A stretch of 64,000 nucleotides of DNA, from the NCBI GenBank assembly GCA_015680685.1, contig MNCI01000918.1:147042-211041 (forward strand). The letters run 5' to 3'. A model generated the notes under the pieces. That model did not search any database, was not told the origin of the DNA, and worked only from the letters and a program-made list of their open reading frames with translations. Position numbers and translations under genes: made by a program. Within the stretch, counting starts at the first letter, position 1; the number at the start of each line of letters is the position of its first letter. Source of the stretch: Gnetum montanum. Its lineage: Eukaryota > Plantae > Gnetophyta. Shown here in pieces: positions 38,033 through 52,949 of this stretch.

Positions 38033-39199
38033 AGACTTTACTTCAAAAATGCTATTCCTAGGATTCAAAGAAATACCATAATCTTGATATCTATTGAAAA
38101 TCTACTAAAGGTGATTAATATGATATTTTTTCTTTGAGTAAATAGTAATATCATGTAGATAAATTATAATAATTTTTCTTATTAAATCTTTAAAAGCTAT
38201 ATCCATAGCTCTTTGGAATGTGGCTCCAACATTGGACAATCCAAATGGCATCCTTTTATAAGCAAAAGTTCCCCACTTATTAATGAAGGATGTCTTATAC
38301 CTATTATTTTTATCAATAATAATCTGATTATATCTCATAAAACCATCCAAAAAAGAGTACACTTGACATCCAAATACTTAAATTAGCATTTCATTTATTT
38401 TGGGAAGCATATATCTATCCTTTCCTGAAGCTTCATTTAAATTTTAGAAATCGACAAATAACCTAATTTTACCACTCCTTTTCCTTACAGGTACAAGATT
38501 GGCTAGCCAAATTGAATATTGGGCTACATATATAATTCTAGGCTGTAATAGCTTATTGATTTCAACTTCTATGGTTGGTTTTAAAGATGGATTAAACTTG
38601 CTTTACATTTTTCTTATCTCCATATAATCCTTGATTAATGGGATCTTGTGAGTCATCACATTAGGTCTAAATGCTCTACGATCATCGTAAGGCCATGTAA
38701 AATTACCCAAATTATCCTTTAAGAAGGATAACAATTTCCATCTAAAACCGAGATCATTTCCTTTGGTAATATTTAATATTCTTGGCTTTTCTTTGAATCC
38801 TAGGTTTATCATTTCATAAGCTTGATCATTTGGATTTTGAATGTCTATTTTTTTAAGCAACATTTTGTTAAACTCATGCTGATAATCAACTATCTTTTTT
38901 GAAATAAAATTTCATTTAAGTTGTGATTTAACTTTTTATTGAAACATAACTTTATTCTCGAATTCTTCGTTATTCTTTAAGAACCTAAGTAATTGACCAG
39001 TATCTCTAAATACCTAGAAGTGTTTTACATTATTTGGGATTAAAGGCTCATTTTCAATATTAATTAAAACTCTTTTATATTTTTTAATCTTTGACAGATT
39101 CAATGTTGAGGCCACTATCACTAGCTTATTTGCTAAAAAGTTATTTTCTCTACATATATGCTTTATTTCATATTACGAAAACTAGACTAACAAGTTATA

Positions 39200-39483
39200 A
39201 ACAAGTTGTTTATATGGCCTCAAAAATTAACTCTTTACTACACATTCACCCATCACCTATTTGTAAATATTCTTTGAATCTTCTTTAATTATAATTCTTT
39301 TAATACCTTTCTCCAAAGCCATTCTAATTTCGATATAGAGGGCTTCATACTCAATCTTATTATTCATACATGGGAATGATAGATGTGTAGCTTTGAAAGT
39401 TTTGTGAGAATTATCTTTTGTTAATACTATTCCAACTCAGGCCCCTTTTGAGTTACAAGACCCATCAAAATATAGTTTCCACT
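39200..39483 (-). pseudogene. Additional archaeal-type RNase H domain of element X
   Basis: WKLYFDGSCNSKGA*VGIVL...FPCMNNKIEYEAL...GIKRIIIKEDSKNIYK*V: DEDD-type RNase HI motifs. Confidence 0.85.
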
Positions 39484-40832
39484 TTTCATTGCTTTGAATT
39501 TCTTCTCTTTTTGGGACTTGAACTTCTCCAAGTGAACATGCTCCTATTCAAATATCCTTGGTCTTAATGATTTTGTTCTTTCCATCAAAAGTAATATTCT
39601 TGATCATCAAGGGCTTACTGTAGATGTATATTTGATTAGGGTCTCCCTTCCATGGTAGCCACATGTATGAATAATCTATTGATATATAGCTAGAAAAATT
39701 GTTACTCTAACTCCTACTTAGCAAGAGATTATATGAATCTGGTAATTGTTCCCTAGTTTTTACTCTACTCTTATTTTGTTGAACATTTTCCTTGTAGGAT
39801 TATTCTAGTGATAGTTCTAATTATTCACAAATAGATAGTAGTAGTAGAGTTGATGTAGCTCTTGAATCAACCAAACAATTATGCAAATATTTATCATTCA
39901 ATTTTAATATTAGAAGAAAATAAGGAGCTTCTTTATATGGAGTACAAGGATAGTTACATTTTACTATTTTCTCTTCGTTAGCTTAGTTCATATTTTCCAA
40001 CGTTCTTCTTTGCTTTAACCAGTTTTAAAACCTTCCTTTGTTAACTTTCCATTTGTAGTATTTGGTATATACTAATGTTTTCTTTGACATGTTTTAGATT
40101 TTCCATTAAGTCATATTCACCATTGCCATACAAGCTCGACTTCCTAAACCATTTGCTAAATGATTAATTTTGGGGATTTTAATTAATCTAGATAATTTTC
40201 TCTTTTCTCTTTTCTTTTTCATTTGGTTTGAAAGCTCTGCTTTTAGTAGTAGGATTAGGGACAATATTTGGAGCCCTAGACATAGTTAATTTTTCTTTTG
40301 ATCTTAAGTTATATTTAGATCCATCATTATTGTTGCGTTACTTATCTAAAGATAAATCTTCTTCTAAACTTGCTAAGGAGGAAATGTCACTTGATTACTC
40401 TTTGAAGATGATTGACCATTAGATTCAATGTCAAGAAAATGTGAGGTAGTTGTGTTATTATCATCTTTAAAATCTATTAATTGGGTATCTTGATGTCTAT
40501 GTTTCTTATGCTTCTTTTCTTCTTTGATTTTAACTTTAGCTAATGTTTTTTCTAACTTGAGTACTTTGTTAGATAATTCCTTCGTTAGCTTTCCTTTTTT
40601 TAGAATCTTCATTTTTTGATCTTAGTCTTTATTAATAGTAGAGTGTAATTCTTTAAAATGAGCTACATTTTGCATAGAAACTAGTGTAATTTTCTCACCT
40701 TTTGATGCTTGAACAATGTCTTCATTAGCAAAGTTTAATTTTTTTCTAACTAGATAGCCTCGTTAAACAAATCATTCAAAGTTAGCAAATTTGGGGTCTT
40801 TCTTAGCCAGATTGAAATGTTGGCATTGATAG

Positions 40833-43800
40833 TGATGAGCGGTGAGGTATCCCTACGCTCAACCATAGGAATACGAGTGTCCATGCATGATCCGGTTGAA
40901 TTCCAAGGACTAAGTGCTTATGCACCTTTGTGGAACAAGGACGGGCTAGTCAATCATTGTCTTTCCAAGCTTACTTGTATAGCACGATTGTATGGTTAAG
41001 TAAACTTGAGGTACATGATTTTTATAGTTTTTTATGTTTTTATGTCCTGATGCAACAAAGGAAGGAAAGAGAGATAACTAAGTAACTAATTTAATTTAAC
41101 TACTCAACTATGCTTTAACTAGTCCTAACACCAGCATTCATTCTCACTTGCCGTACACATCCTTAACTAGTGCAACACTACTGGGATTACCAAATGCTAA
41201 TCGTTACTGGGTTACCAAGCATAACATGCATGTTCGAAGTGGTCATACTAAGTGTGCTTACTTAGGAGAGTTGTAGGGTGAGAGAGAGAACATTAATTAA
41301 CCAAGGAAAGCATTAAGTAACAATAATTAACATTAATTAATCTATTCTCAATGCTGTAAGATTTATTACAAAGTTTGTGTTTATTACCATACACAAGGTG
41401 TGCTCAGGTACATAATGCTCGAATAAAGATCCGTTCACTTTATGACTCCTATTGTAGGCACATAGAAATAATTCTAAGTTTGAGAGGAAGAAAAGGCAAG
41501 AGTTTGGATAAGGGTCTAACTAATCTATTGCCAAAATAAGTGCACCTGCCTCTTATTTATAGGCAATGAGGCAGGTCTCGATATCCCTTAGAACGCTCTG
41601 ATATCGCGGACCTAATATTGTGGTCTTAATATCGCTGTTCATCATGCCCCCACAACTAAATGAAAACTCATCCTCGAGTTCCTTACAAAATATTGGGAAG
41701 GTATGGGATTATTGACTGAATGACAACTGACAGTGGAACGGGGTGACAGACTCAAAGTGCCTGGTGAACGGATCAACAACACATTACAACATTGGTGTTC
41801 ATATCCATGGTGGTGAACACTATACATAAATGACATCTAGACTCTTATTTGACAGCTTAGAGTAAGAGAAAAGAAGATGAGATGTGTTGCTACCGATGCC
41901 GAGATTATGCCATCCATTGTTTATCCATAGCCACATGAGCAAACTTGTTCCTTTCATAAACACTGTAGCTCCAGTCCGTCCGAAGTTCTCCCTCCTATCC
42001 TAGTTCATTATTCGTATGATTGTCATCTGCACACACAACATAATCACAAATTAGCAAGGATAGATAAACTACAATGCAGTTGCTACCTTACCTTGATATA
42101 AAGCGCATTGGCTAAGTCGTGGTTATGGAAGATACTAGGTTAGAGGTTTATTGCTGGTGACTACCTGAGGTGTAGGGGTGAAATAAGTAGTAGAATGGAA
42201 AAATTTGTGACAGGGCCCCCACGACTAAGAGCCAACCTCTGGTAGCAATAAGATGGAAAAAATAGAAGGAACAAGAAAGATGGGAAAAATAACAACGATG
42301 ATGCCAATAAAATGGATGTCATGGATGGGGATGATATGAGAAATTGCTGGTTGCAAGAAATGTTTAAGGAAAAGAATTTAACAATTGCACCATAAAGGAA
42401 TGTCAGTGGGTCCTCCCCAAAGCAATCTTATGCCTTTTATGCCTTGATAAACCCACAAACCAAAGAGTCTGTAGGCTCTAGGAATGACACATGGAATAAG
42501 GGTTAAAAGCTGACCCACAAGAATTTCTGAAGGAAAAATAATGCATCAACCACAATATAGACTAATCATAAAACCAACAATGAGGTGGAAAATGGGAAGA
42601 AAGATGGAGTGGAGAAGATGGAATGGAATCCCAAGAGCATGGTTGTGTAAAGTTCCTTGTGTATTTTATGGTTCTGGTGACTGAGTAGAACTCATTCCAA
42701 ATCTAGACTCAAACCAACTACATCCAGTGACCTTGCATCAATACACTTGACCAGTCCATCCTCTTGAAGCAATAAGAATGCTTCCCCAAAGAGTCACCAC
42801 GATTCCAAGGAGAGGAAGATGGAGAAGTAAGAAGCGAGAAAGGGCCTTAGTTAGAGGGAACCTTCAGACATGGGTAACATGTCTTTCCAGTGCCATAACT
42901 AGTGCTTGTAGCCTATATTTCTTTATTATGTCTAAGGGGTGTGCTTTGAATTCCCACGTTTTTTTTGCATGAGAACCACACCATGCAAAGACTTATTATT
43001 ATTTTTCAATTAGCTTCCTGATAGTAGGTCAATGTTGGAATGGTAGAATACCCATGAAAAGCATCCAAGTTCCCAAGAGAATAGCCAGCACAAGTGTGTC
43101 AAATCCCCTTGAAGTCACACCCTTTTCAACCATTGAGTCCTTCCTTGGTTTGAAGAATACAAAGCCACCAATTCATTAACAAGTTTATTTAGGAAAAGGG
43201 ACAGTACAGTTCCAAGCCAAGGGATACCATAGAGTTGAATGAATGAATGGATAGTGTAGACTCATTGCCTGTTTTATCAAAAGAACCATATCTTAGTATC
43301 AACATTGAAAATCAAGGGTAGAAACCAAACATTAGCAACCAACATCATTATAATACAATCCACCATCATGAGCAGTTATTGTAAGATGAATAAAAGTAAA
43401 TGAAACAAAGAAATAGTAAAATTATGAATGATGGTGTAAAATAAAAATAAGTAAATGTCAAAAATGCGCAAAACAAAAATGTGTAAAACAAAAATACAAA
43501 AGGAACTGAGGGCTTTGAATGGTTAGCATTGGTGGCCGTCTCCCCCATGACTTAGGTGGTAGGAGGCAATCTGAAATAGGGAGCAAGGTTGTCCACCAAC
43601 AGAGGTAGAATTGGTACTGCCTATCCTAGGCTCATGGAAAGGTTTGGTTTGTTGGACTTTGACCAATAGCTTCTTGTCCAGGCTTTCAAGTTTGTAAATC
43701 ATCATGGCCCCTAAAGGAAAAGTTGCATGAATGACATAAGGTCATTCCCACAGCGTTTGAAATTTGTTTCGTTGTGGCAAATGTGTGGGATTCTAGTAGA

Positions 43801-46800
43801 GAAACCAATCTCTTGGTTGATATTTAAGTTTTCTAATCCTTAGGTTATGATGTTGTTTATTGAAGGCCTTGTGCAATTCGTTAGATAATAGGGTGGCTAA
43901 TCAGTTCTCATCTAGCAAGTTAAGGATCATTAACCATTCTTTTTGTGTTAGATCAAGGTCAAGATTGAGATCACATGCCATAGATAGTGTACAGAGTTCT
44001 GCTTGAATGGGAAGCATTGGAAGTTTCCCATACACTAACTCATAGGGAGAGTAGCCTATAGGGAGTTTCCATGTGGAGCGGTATGCCCAAAGAGCATCGT
44101 TTTGTTTGGTGCTCCAATCTCGCCTATACTTGCTAATAGTTCTTGTCAATCTCGCCTATACTTGCTAATAGTTTCCATGTTTGGCTTGACCATTCGCTTG
44201 AGGGTGGTATGGTGTAGTTAGTTTGTGTTCAACCCCTAAGCGTTGCATTAGCTTTCAAAAAGTTACACCTATAAAATGTGTGCCATTGTTAGAAATAAGT
44301 GCATGAGGCATGCCAAACCTGTTTATGATTTTTTGTTGAATAAATTGTTCAGCTATAGATGATGTACAATCTTTAACAGCGGCTGCTTTTGCCCATTTTG
44401 TAAAGTAGTCAATGACAACACCGATGTAGGCTTTTCCATTGGACATTGGTGTAATAGGCCCCATAAAATCAATTCCCCATATGTTGAAGGGTTCTAGAGG
44501 TTGAATCCATTGTTGCGGACCCTCCATTCTAACAGTCATTCCCCCATCACGTTGATAGTGCTCACAAGATTGGACAAAATGATGGGCACCCTGAAACAAT
44601 GTAGGCCAATAATATCTTGCAAGTAGGATTTTAATGGCTGTTCATCTCTTGACATAATGACCCCCACAAGGACCCTCATGAGTGTCTTGGAGAACTCGTA
44701 GTTGATTTATATTAGGAACGCACCATCAAACCAAGCCATCGGAACATACTTTATAAAGTTGCCCGTTGATTTTCATAAAATACTTGGTTTGGTGGAGAAA
44801 CCGTTGTTTCTTTTTAGCATCTAACTCTTATGGTGTTTATTGTGTAAGGAGATAGGTGAGAATACTACTATACCAATTTGTCTCCATGGTCAATTGATTA
44901 GTTACTACACCTACAAAGAGGAGTTCATCAGGGAAATGATCAGAAATTGGATACTCATCCTCTTTGTTGTCCCATCGCAACTGAGATAAATGAGCAGAAA
45001 CTACATTCTCGGTGCCTTTACGATCAATCATCATAAGATTGAACTTCTGTAAGATTACAAGCCATCGTATAATGAGAGGACTTACCATTGGTTTATTCAA
45101 TAGGAACCGGATTGTACTATGATCTGTATGTACAAATACCTTATAACCCAATACATAGTGCCTAAATTTTTCTAGTGCAAACATTACAACCATTAACTCT
45201 TTCTCTGTTGTAGTGTAGTTAAGTTGTGCACTAGCAATACTCCTACTTGCATAGTGGAGGTAATAAGGACATTTTTGGCCATCTAACTATGTAAGTATGG
45301 CTCCTAAAGCATAGTTGGACACGTCAGTTATTATATGGAATGGTTTGGACTAGTGAAGAGCTTGTAGAATGGGTGTTTCCACGAGCTTCTATTTTAAAGT
45401 TTGGAAAGCTAATTTGCATTCCCTGGTCCATTCGAAAGGTACGTCCTTTTTTGTTAGTTCAACCAATGGTTTTGGAACCTTTGAAAAGTTCTCAATAAAG
45501 CATTTGTAATAGCCAGTGTATCCAAGGAATGATCGAGTATCTTTTACAGTTTCAAGTTGCCGAGTAATTCCTTGGATAACTTTGATCTTTTTAGGGTCTA
45601 CCTCTATCCCTGTTTGTGAGATCTTATGTTCTAGTACAACACCTTCTTAGACCATTAAATGGATTTTTTGCCAGTTGAGCCTTATAGTTGGTTTCTATAC
45701 ATCATTTTAGTACTTTCTCTAACTGGTCCAAGGCTTGATTAAAGTTCGCTCCATAGGTGGAGAAGTCATCCATGAAGACCTCCATACCATTTCCTATCTA
45801 TTGCTGGAATATTCTTAGAACTAATCGTTGAAACATTGTAGAGGCATTGCACAAGCCAAATGGCATTTGTTTGTATGAAAATGTTCCCTAAGGACTGGTG
45901 AATGTAGTTTTGGCTTGGTCTTTTGGGGCTATTTGTATTTGGTTGTACCCACTGTACCCATCCAGAAAACTATAGTAGCGATGCCCTACAATGGTGTCTA
46001 AGACTTGGTCAACGAATGGAAATGGAATGTGGTCTTTGAATGTTGCCATATTTAGTAGCCTAAAATGTATGCACACCTTCCATTTACCTCCCTTTTTGGG
46101 CACAATAACTAAGGGGCTAACCCATTAACTATTAGCAATGGGGTATATGAACCAAAATTTTAGAAGCTGTTCGATTTCTTCGTTAACCATTTGCTTAAGC
46201 TTTAGGTTAAGTCGCCTCCATGGTTGTTTTTGAGGCTTTATGGAGGGGTTGGTGTAAATTCTATGTTGGCATATCCTAGGATCTATTCCTATTAATTCAT
46301 GATATGACCAAGCAAAGGCTTTTGACCATTTATTTATTACCTTCAACAGTCTCTCTTTTTGTTGAGGAGCGAGGTTAGCGTTAATAATTACCGGTTTTCC
46401 ATTCTTGAGAAATGCGTATTCCATACCGGTAGGCAATGGTTTTAACTTAAGGGGCTCTTGCTTAAACTTATCAGGGATTTCCAACTTCTCATAGTTGATA
46501 TTTTCAAGGTCAAGACTTGGAAGTTGGTGATGGACTTGCTCTAATGTGTCTATGATATTGATGTACGTGAAAGTCAAACCTTCAGTTGGTTCCATGCATA
46601 TAGTTGAACTACTCTCTTGATCAGTTGTCAACCATTGGGTGCCTTCTTGTCTTGTGGCTGCTGCATACAGGCATCTTTGTATATGAGTCACTTGTGCACA
46701 CTTATTGCATGCAGGTAATGTGAAACATTGTACAAACCATGACTTCTACATGCAATTACACCCTGTGTCACTATANAATTGTACAAACCATGACTTCTAC

Positions 46801-49800
46801 ATGCAATTACACCCTGTGTCACTATATGCGATGCATGGAACTTTCTTCTTTTCGATTTTTCCAAATGTATTTTTCTTCGATATTTCCAGGGAAAGATCAT
46901 GGATTCCTAGGCAGCATCAATTATGCTTAGCCATGCTCTTCCCATTATGACTGGGAAGTCCCCCTTACTGTTGTTCACTTGAATTACTAGGAAATTGGCT
47001 GGATATGACCATCCACAAACAGTGGTAGCGATGTCCTCCACTAGTCCTAATGGGACAGTGATGGGCTGGTCAGCCAGCTCTAAACGAATGTTACTCTTTT
47101 TTAGTGGAGGCAAGTTCTAGGCTTTGTACATTTCTTGAGAGATTATGTTGACACTATAAACTAAATCCAAAAGATATTTGCACGACTCATTCCCAATGAT
47201 CTGTAGATATATAAGAGGACTGCCAAGATCAGAGAATTTCCTAGGAAGATGGCAAGATTGTATTCAATCGATGACGACATGAGTTAACATGACTGTATGC
47301 ATTAGGTGTGGTGTTTAGTTTGAAGGGAGTTTCAAAGTTTTGATTGGTAATGAGGCATCTAAGTGATTAGCCACTTGTGGTTGCAAGGACTTAGTCGAAT
47401 TGTTGGTTCTAAAAAAAGGTCTTTTCTTCATGTGGTTGTTAGAACCAATAGTAGATTGAGAGTTAACAACCCTCGTAGCATTATGTTGTTGTGTCTAGGT
47501 AGGGAGCTCACCTTGCATAGCTGGAGTAGGTGGTAATGGAGATATGGGTGGAAGAGGTGCAGTTGGATGAGAAGGATGGTATGTTTGTGGAACATCACTC
47601 CTAGGAGAAGGAGTTCTATAATACTCACGGGCTTGGTAGTGAGGTTGAGGAGTGACGTGACTAGTAGAGTGACATGGAGAGATTGGCTGCTATACATATT
47701 ATCCATATGGGTCAGGTTGACGGTAAGGATACTATTGCCGTGGTGGTGGTATTCCCTATGATTGTGGGTGCTGCCACTGTTGATACTACTCAGTTGGTTG
47801 TGGTGGAGTTCCACTTGGATAATACGTTAAGGGTTGGTCGAACTGTCTTGGGTTACCTTGAGGATAAGGTAACCTTCGGGGTGTTTGCCTTTTGTTTAAT
47901 CATGGGTTGAGTGCATACATCCCAAACTGTTGCAGATGTGAGATTACAGGGCAACATCCCTTAGGATGGTCATATTGGTATATCTCACATCCACTATCAT
48001 TATCTGTATCTAAATCCACAACCTCTTTGATGACGGAAACTTTTCCCTTACCTTTGTTACATGCATATTTAATTTCTCTCTTTTTTCTCTTTTCACGATC
48101 ACTACCTTGCTCTCTAGACTCCTCTACTATTTTGAGAATGGTTTGAAATCTATTATCTAGGGAGTCCCACATTTGGTCTACCTTTATTAATACTTCTGAT
48201 GCCAACTTTTGAATAGGCAAAGTTTTCCTATTCACCATCTCTTTGAGTGGTGACTCTTCTTCATCCTTACAAAATCTTACTCCCTTCTTTTGGAGGGAAG
48301 GATCTATATTATATTCCTCCACACTCTCTCTTTTCCTTAGCTCACCTTTCTCTTTAGCAACTTGCTCCAATAATCTCTGTACTTGATGGGCCCTAGGCTC
48401 GGATAGTCTTCCTTGGGCATAAGTCGTAAGGGTTCTTTACGTTGCATGCCAAAGCCCATTTATGAGATGGCGTAGTTTATCCCTCTATGAATAACCATGG
48501 CTAGGACAATGATGTAACAGCACATAATATTGGCCCATGGAAACAACTAAGGGTTCATGTCCTTCTTGTTTCCACCCTTGGATTTGCTTTCATAGGTTGG
48601 ACACTCGGGAGTACGTTTGGTACTTATCGTTGAACAATTCTAACATGGTACTCCACCTACGAATGGGTTTCGATTCTAAGGACCAGTACCAGCTCTTCGC
48701 TTCTTTGACTAGTGCTCATGGGAAAAACCTTAGTTTTTGCCATTCATTTTCTATGTTTTGTAAGGCACATGCATCATGAAATGCTTGTAGATGATTTTGA
48801 GGATCAACGTTATATCCCCCTTCAAATTGTGGGATATTTTTCATGTCTAATCTCTTGATCCTACTATCTTTTTGATGCCCTGTTAGAACTCTAACAGCCT
48901 CAGTTATGTTTAGCATACTTCAAGTAGTGAGTAGGGGTTCATCATGATTGTCCCGTCTGTGGCGTCTATGATGCCTATGTTGTTCCCTACTTTCCCTTAT
49001 TTTGTGTTGTGATTCTCTAGAATTCCCTCATCCACTTTCCTAACTGTTTCATCTATGACTCCCACCTTGCCTACCTTTATCCTCATCGTCTTTTCCTTTA
49101 TGACTGTGTTCAGATCTTGAAGGAGAGGGTGAAGGAGATGATGAAGGTGAAGAAGGAGGAGAACCATCACCATGGTGGTGCTTGCTACCTTCTCTTTGGT
49201 GGTTGTGGGCTCAATCACGGTTACGATCAGAAGGTCCATCTTTATTATGCATTTGTGTTCCCTTTTCAGACCCTTTGTGTCTGTTGTTATCAGAACTTGG
49301 ATTATGGATGGTTGAGTGAAGGTTCTGATACACAACTCCTTGGCCAAAGTCAACGGGGGGAACATCGTTTCATCGGAAACCTCCTGAGGCAGGTTCACCA
49401 ACCTCATTTTGACTTGGGACATGTGGGATATCCTAAGACCACTTGTCCTTCATAGACTTGTGATATCTCTCCTGTTGTAAGTCCCTTTGACACTGTGCCT
49501 CTGTGGGTCGATACTCTCTTGAGTTGTGTTCATGCACAACGTATTCTGCTTGTAAGTGTTGCATGCTAATTCGTGTGAGAACACAAAGAAGCATGCTTGG
49601 GACTGAACAATCGGGAGGTAACACAATGTTACCTTCTAAATCTTGCCAACGTAGTTGTTTATCCTGGTGGAGGATAAAGGTGAATTCTAGTATATACTCA
49701 TTGGGATGAACATATACCACACGAAACTGTTGAGGGACTGGCAAATTATCATCATGTGTACTACGCCTCTGATTGTTTCCTATATCAGGCCTAGGTGGTG

Positions 49801-50756
49801 AAGGACTTTCGTAAGAAGAAGGAGACATGATTGTCTATTTAGTGTGCAATATTCTTCTTTTTAATAATTGTAAGATAACCAACCCTAAGGGTTTGTTCCA
49901 ACGATGAGAAAGATTTCCTAAGTTCTAGTTAGCGCACAAACAACAAGTCCCTAGCAACGGAGCCAATGATGAGTGGTGAGGTATCCCTATGCTCAACCAT
50001 ACGAATATGAGCATCCATGCACGATCTAGTCGAATGCCAAGGACTAAGTGCTTATGTGCCTTTGTGGAACAGGGACGGGTTAGTCAATCGTTGTCTTCCC
50101 AAGATTACTTGTATAGCACGATTACATGGTTTTTATAGTTTTTTATGTTTTTATGTCCTGGTGCTAGAAAGGGAGGAGAGAGAGATAACTAAGTAACTAA
50201 TTTAATTTAACTACTCAACTATGCTTTAAGTAGTCTTAACACTGGCATTCGTTCTCACATGCCATACACATTCTAAACCAGTGCAACACTAACACTAATC
50301 GTTACTGGGTTACCAAGCATTACACGCATGCTCGAAGTGGTCGTATTGAGTGTGCTTACTTAGGAGAGTTGTAGGGTGAGAGAGAGAACATTAATTAACT
50401 AAAGAAAGCATTAAGTAATAGTAATTAACATTAATTAATCCAGTCTAAATGCTGCAAGGTTTATCACAAAGTTTGTCTTTATTGCCGTACACAAAGTGTG
50501 CTCAGGTACACAATGCTCGAATAAAGATCTGTTCACTTTATGACTCCTATTATGGGCACATAGAAATAATTCTAACTCTGAGAGGGAGAAAAGCCAAGAG
50601 TTTGGGTAAGGGTCTAACTAATCTATTACCAAACCAAGTGCACCCACCTTTTATTTATAGGCAATGAGGTAGGTCCCGATATCGGATGCCTAATATTGCT
50701 TGGAATGCTTCGATATCGCGGACTTGATATTGTGGTCCTGATATCATGGTTCATCA
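40833..50756 (-). mobile_element. E2: full-length (degenerate) Athila-type Ty3/gypsy element
   Basis: Perfect TSD GATAG; LTRs 40833-41644 and 49967-50756; PBS 49948-49965; gag, PR, RT (YSFLDGYSGYNQI, VFMDD), RH (VHTDH), INT (WGIDFMGP, DYFTKW); no chromodomain seen. Confidence 0.95.
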
Positions 50757-52949
50757 GATAGCATTTAAATACATGTCTCTAAGCACTTCATCCAAGGTTC
50801 TATATTGCCTTTTAAACAATCCACAAATTTGTTAGAATTTAATATTAAATTTCTTAACTAAGTCTTTAGACCTTTACTTGGCTTGAACTAACCTATAATA
50901 TAGCTTTTCTTGGTTAAGTTGGATATCGAATTAAGCTAGGAATAAATTTTTCATGTCATTCTAGCTATTGATGATATTGTTTGGTAAGTTAGAATACCAA
51001 ATTTGAGCTATGTCTCTCAAGTTGGCAAGTTAGAATGCCAAATTTGAGCTATGTCTCTCAAGTTTGCTACAAATAGCCTACAAGCTTGATCTTGATGTTG
51101 GAGATTTGTATGTGCTAAAGCTAATTCAAAAAATAAAGATATTCTTTAGCTTAATAAGCTTTTCAAGGGATATAAGGCTCTGGTAAATATTTATAAATTT
51201 CCTGATGAATATTATTGTAATTTAGGAATCTTAATGGTGTGGCTCCTTGCTAAGGATTTATTGGTGGTGGATTTGCTATTTTGAAACTCCTTCTAACTGT
51301 TGAGCTCTTAGGATTCCCTTGTTTTATCTTAAAGACTCATAAGACAAATAGAAAATGTGATCTTTGAGATCTTTTAGTTTTTAGTTGACTACTTGTCCCT
51401 GATTCAAAAAGCCTTTCTTCCTCTTCCTCTGATGAATGAATAGTCTTATACTTAGAGTATTCCTAGGGACTTCCATATTCTTTATGTTTTTCAGGTTGTT
51501 CATTCATGAACAGAGTAGCAGCTAAATGGGTGCCCTCTTTCTAGTTGAAGAAGAACTATTTGTGATAACTTTGGACTAAAAATGTTTCTTCATTCCTACC
51601 CTAGTAACAAGAAACTAATGGTGTAGAAAGTTTTATTTGACATTAATGTTATCTCCTCCTTGTAATGATAATCACAAAGATGATATGTTCTTTCAAATCT
51701 TGAGTTTAGGTGTTTACCTATTTTTGGAAACATCAAGGTTTGGATACCTCCAAATAAACTTAGTGATTGTAGAGAACAATGTGTTTTGGGCTAACATTCA
51801 GTATAAGTTTCATAATATTTTGATTTGGAAGCTTAACTGCAATTTGTACTTCTAGGAAAAGATTAAACCCTTTTTACTCTATTTTGTAAGTGAATAAATT
51901 TCCAAGTATATTAGAGCTACTTAGTCTATGCAGAGTTGATCACATGCTAACTACACTATGCTCTTTCATCTAATTCTTAAGTGCAATTTGACAAATCTAT
52001 TACCAATTTTTCCTAGAGAAATTTCCATAAGAAAACCTAGAAACATGGAAAAATTCAATGGATTTTAAGAAGTATAATAGTTTAACTACATATAATCTTA
52101 AACATTGAGAGAAGCTACTATCAACGTGAGTAAACACTTTGGAAAATAAAGCTATTGAAATCAATTAATAATACCAAAAATTGCTAAACCCTTGGCTCAA
52201 CAAGTAATTAAACAATTTCGAGAAATGAGCTATAAGACATACTATATTCTTAACTACTAGCAAAGTAATATGATAAAGGAGGAAAATAAAAATAACTCAT
52301 TGAATAGAAGTAAATGAGCTAAATCAATTTTGCGCTTAGAATGTCATTGTATAGAGATCTTCCATGAGTTAGTTCCTCCTAGCTTTTTCTTCCAAAGATC
52401 TTGCTGAACAAATCTACTCTGGGCTTTATATAGTAGCCTCTAGTAGTTACAATCATTATAAGAGTTAAGAATACAATTGCCTCACATTCTCTTTGTATAA
52501 TTTTAGGCCGTTGGATAACTATTCTATTTTTTAATAAATTTTCTTCATTTTTGGATCTAAAACCACTCAACTGATAACTACCATTCAGATTCATTGTATC
52601 TAGTTCATGTGTCATTGAGCTTCTTTAAGATTTCTTTGCCACTTATTTCTCCCATAACTAATTCAATTATAGAATTTTATTATTTGTATTGAAGAATATC
52701 TTATGTTGGCTTTAATTTGCTTCAATTCAAGCTTCTTTTTGGCAATTTCATTCATGATTCCAGTAACCACCATCATCATATCCAAGTAACTTTGTTTGTG
52801 TTGAGGTAGCGATTTTCTTTTAGGTTCAACTAAACCTATAATTCTCATACCATTCATCCTATCTACATAAATATGACTTGTTTTTATGGAGTTACTACTT
52901 TGTGCTTCAATGGTAGCCTTGCGCTACTCTTAGCTTTGTTTCAGTTGTT

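Noticed and set aside
46727-46826. Tandem duplication within E2 pol
   Set aside because: An exact duplication around n at 46776 indicates an assembly artefact.
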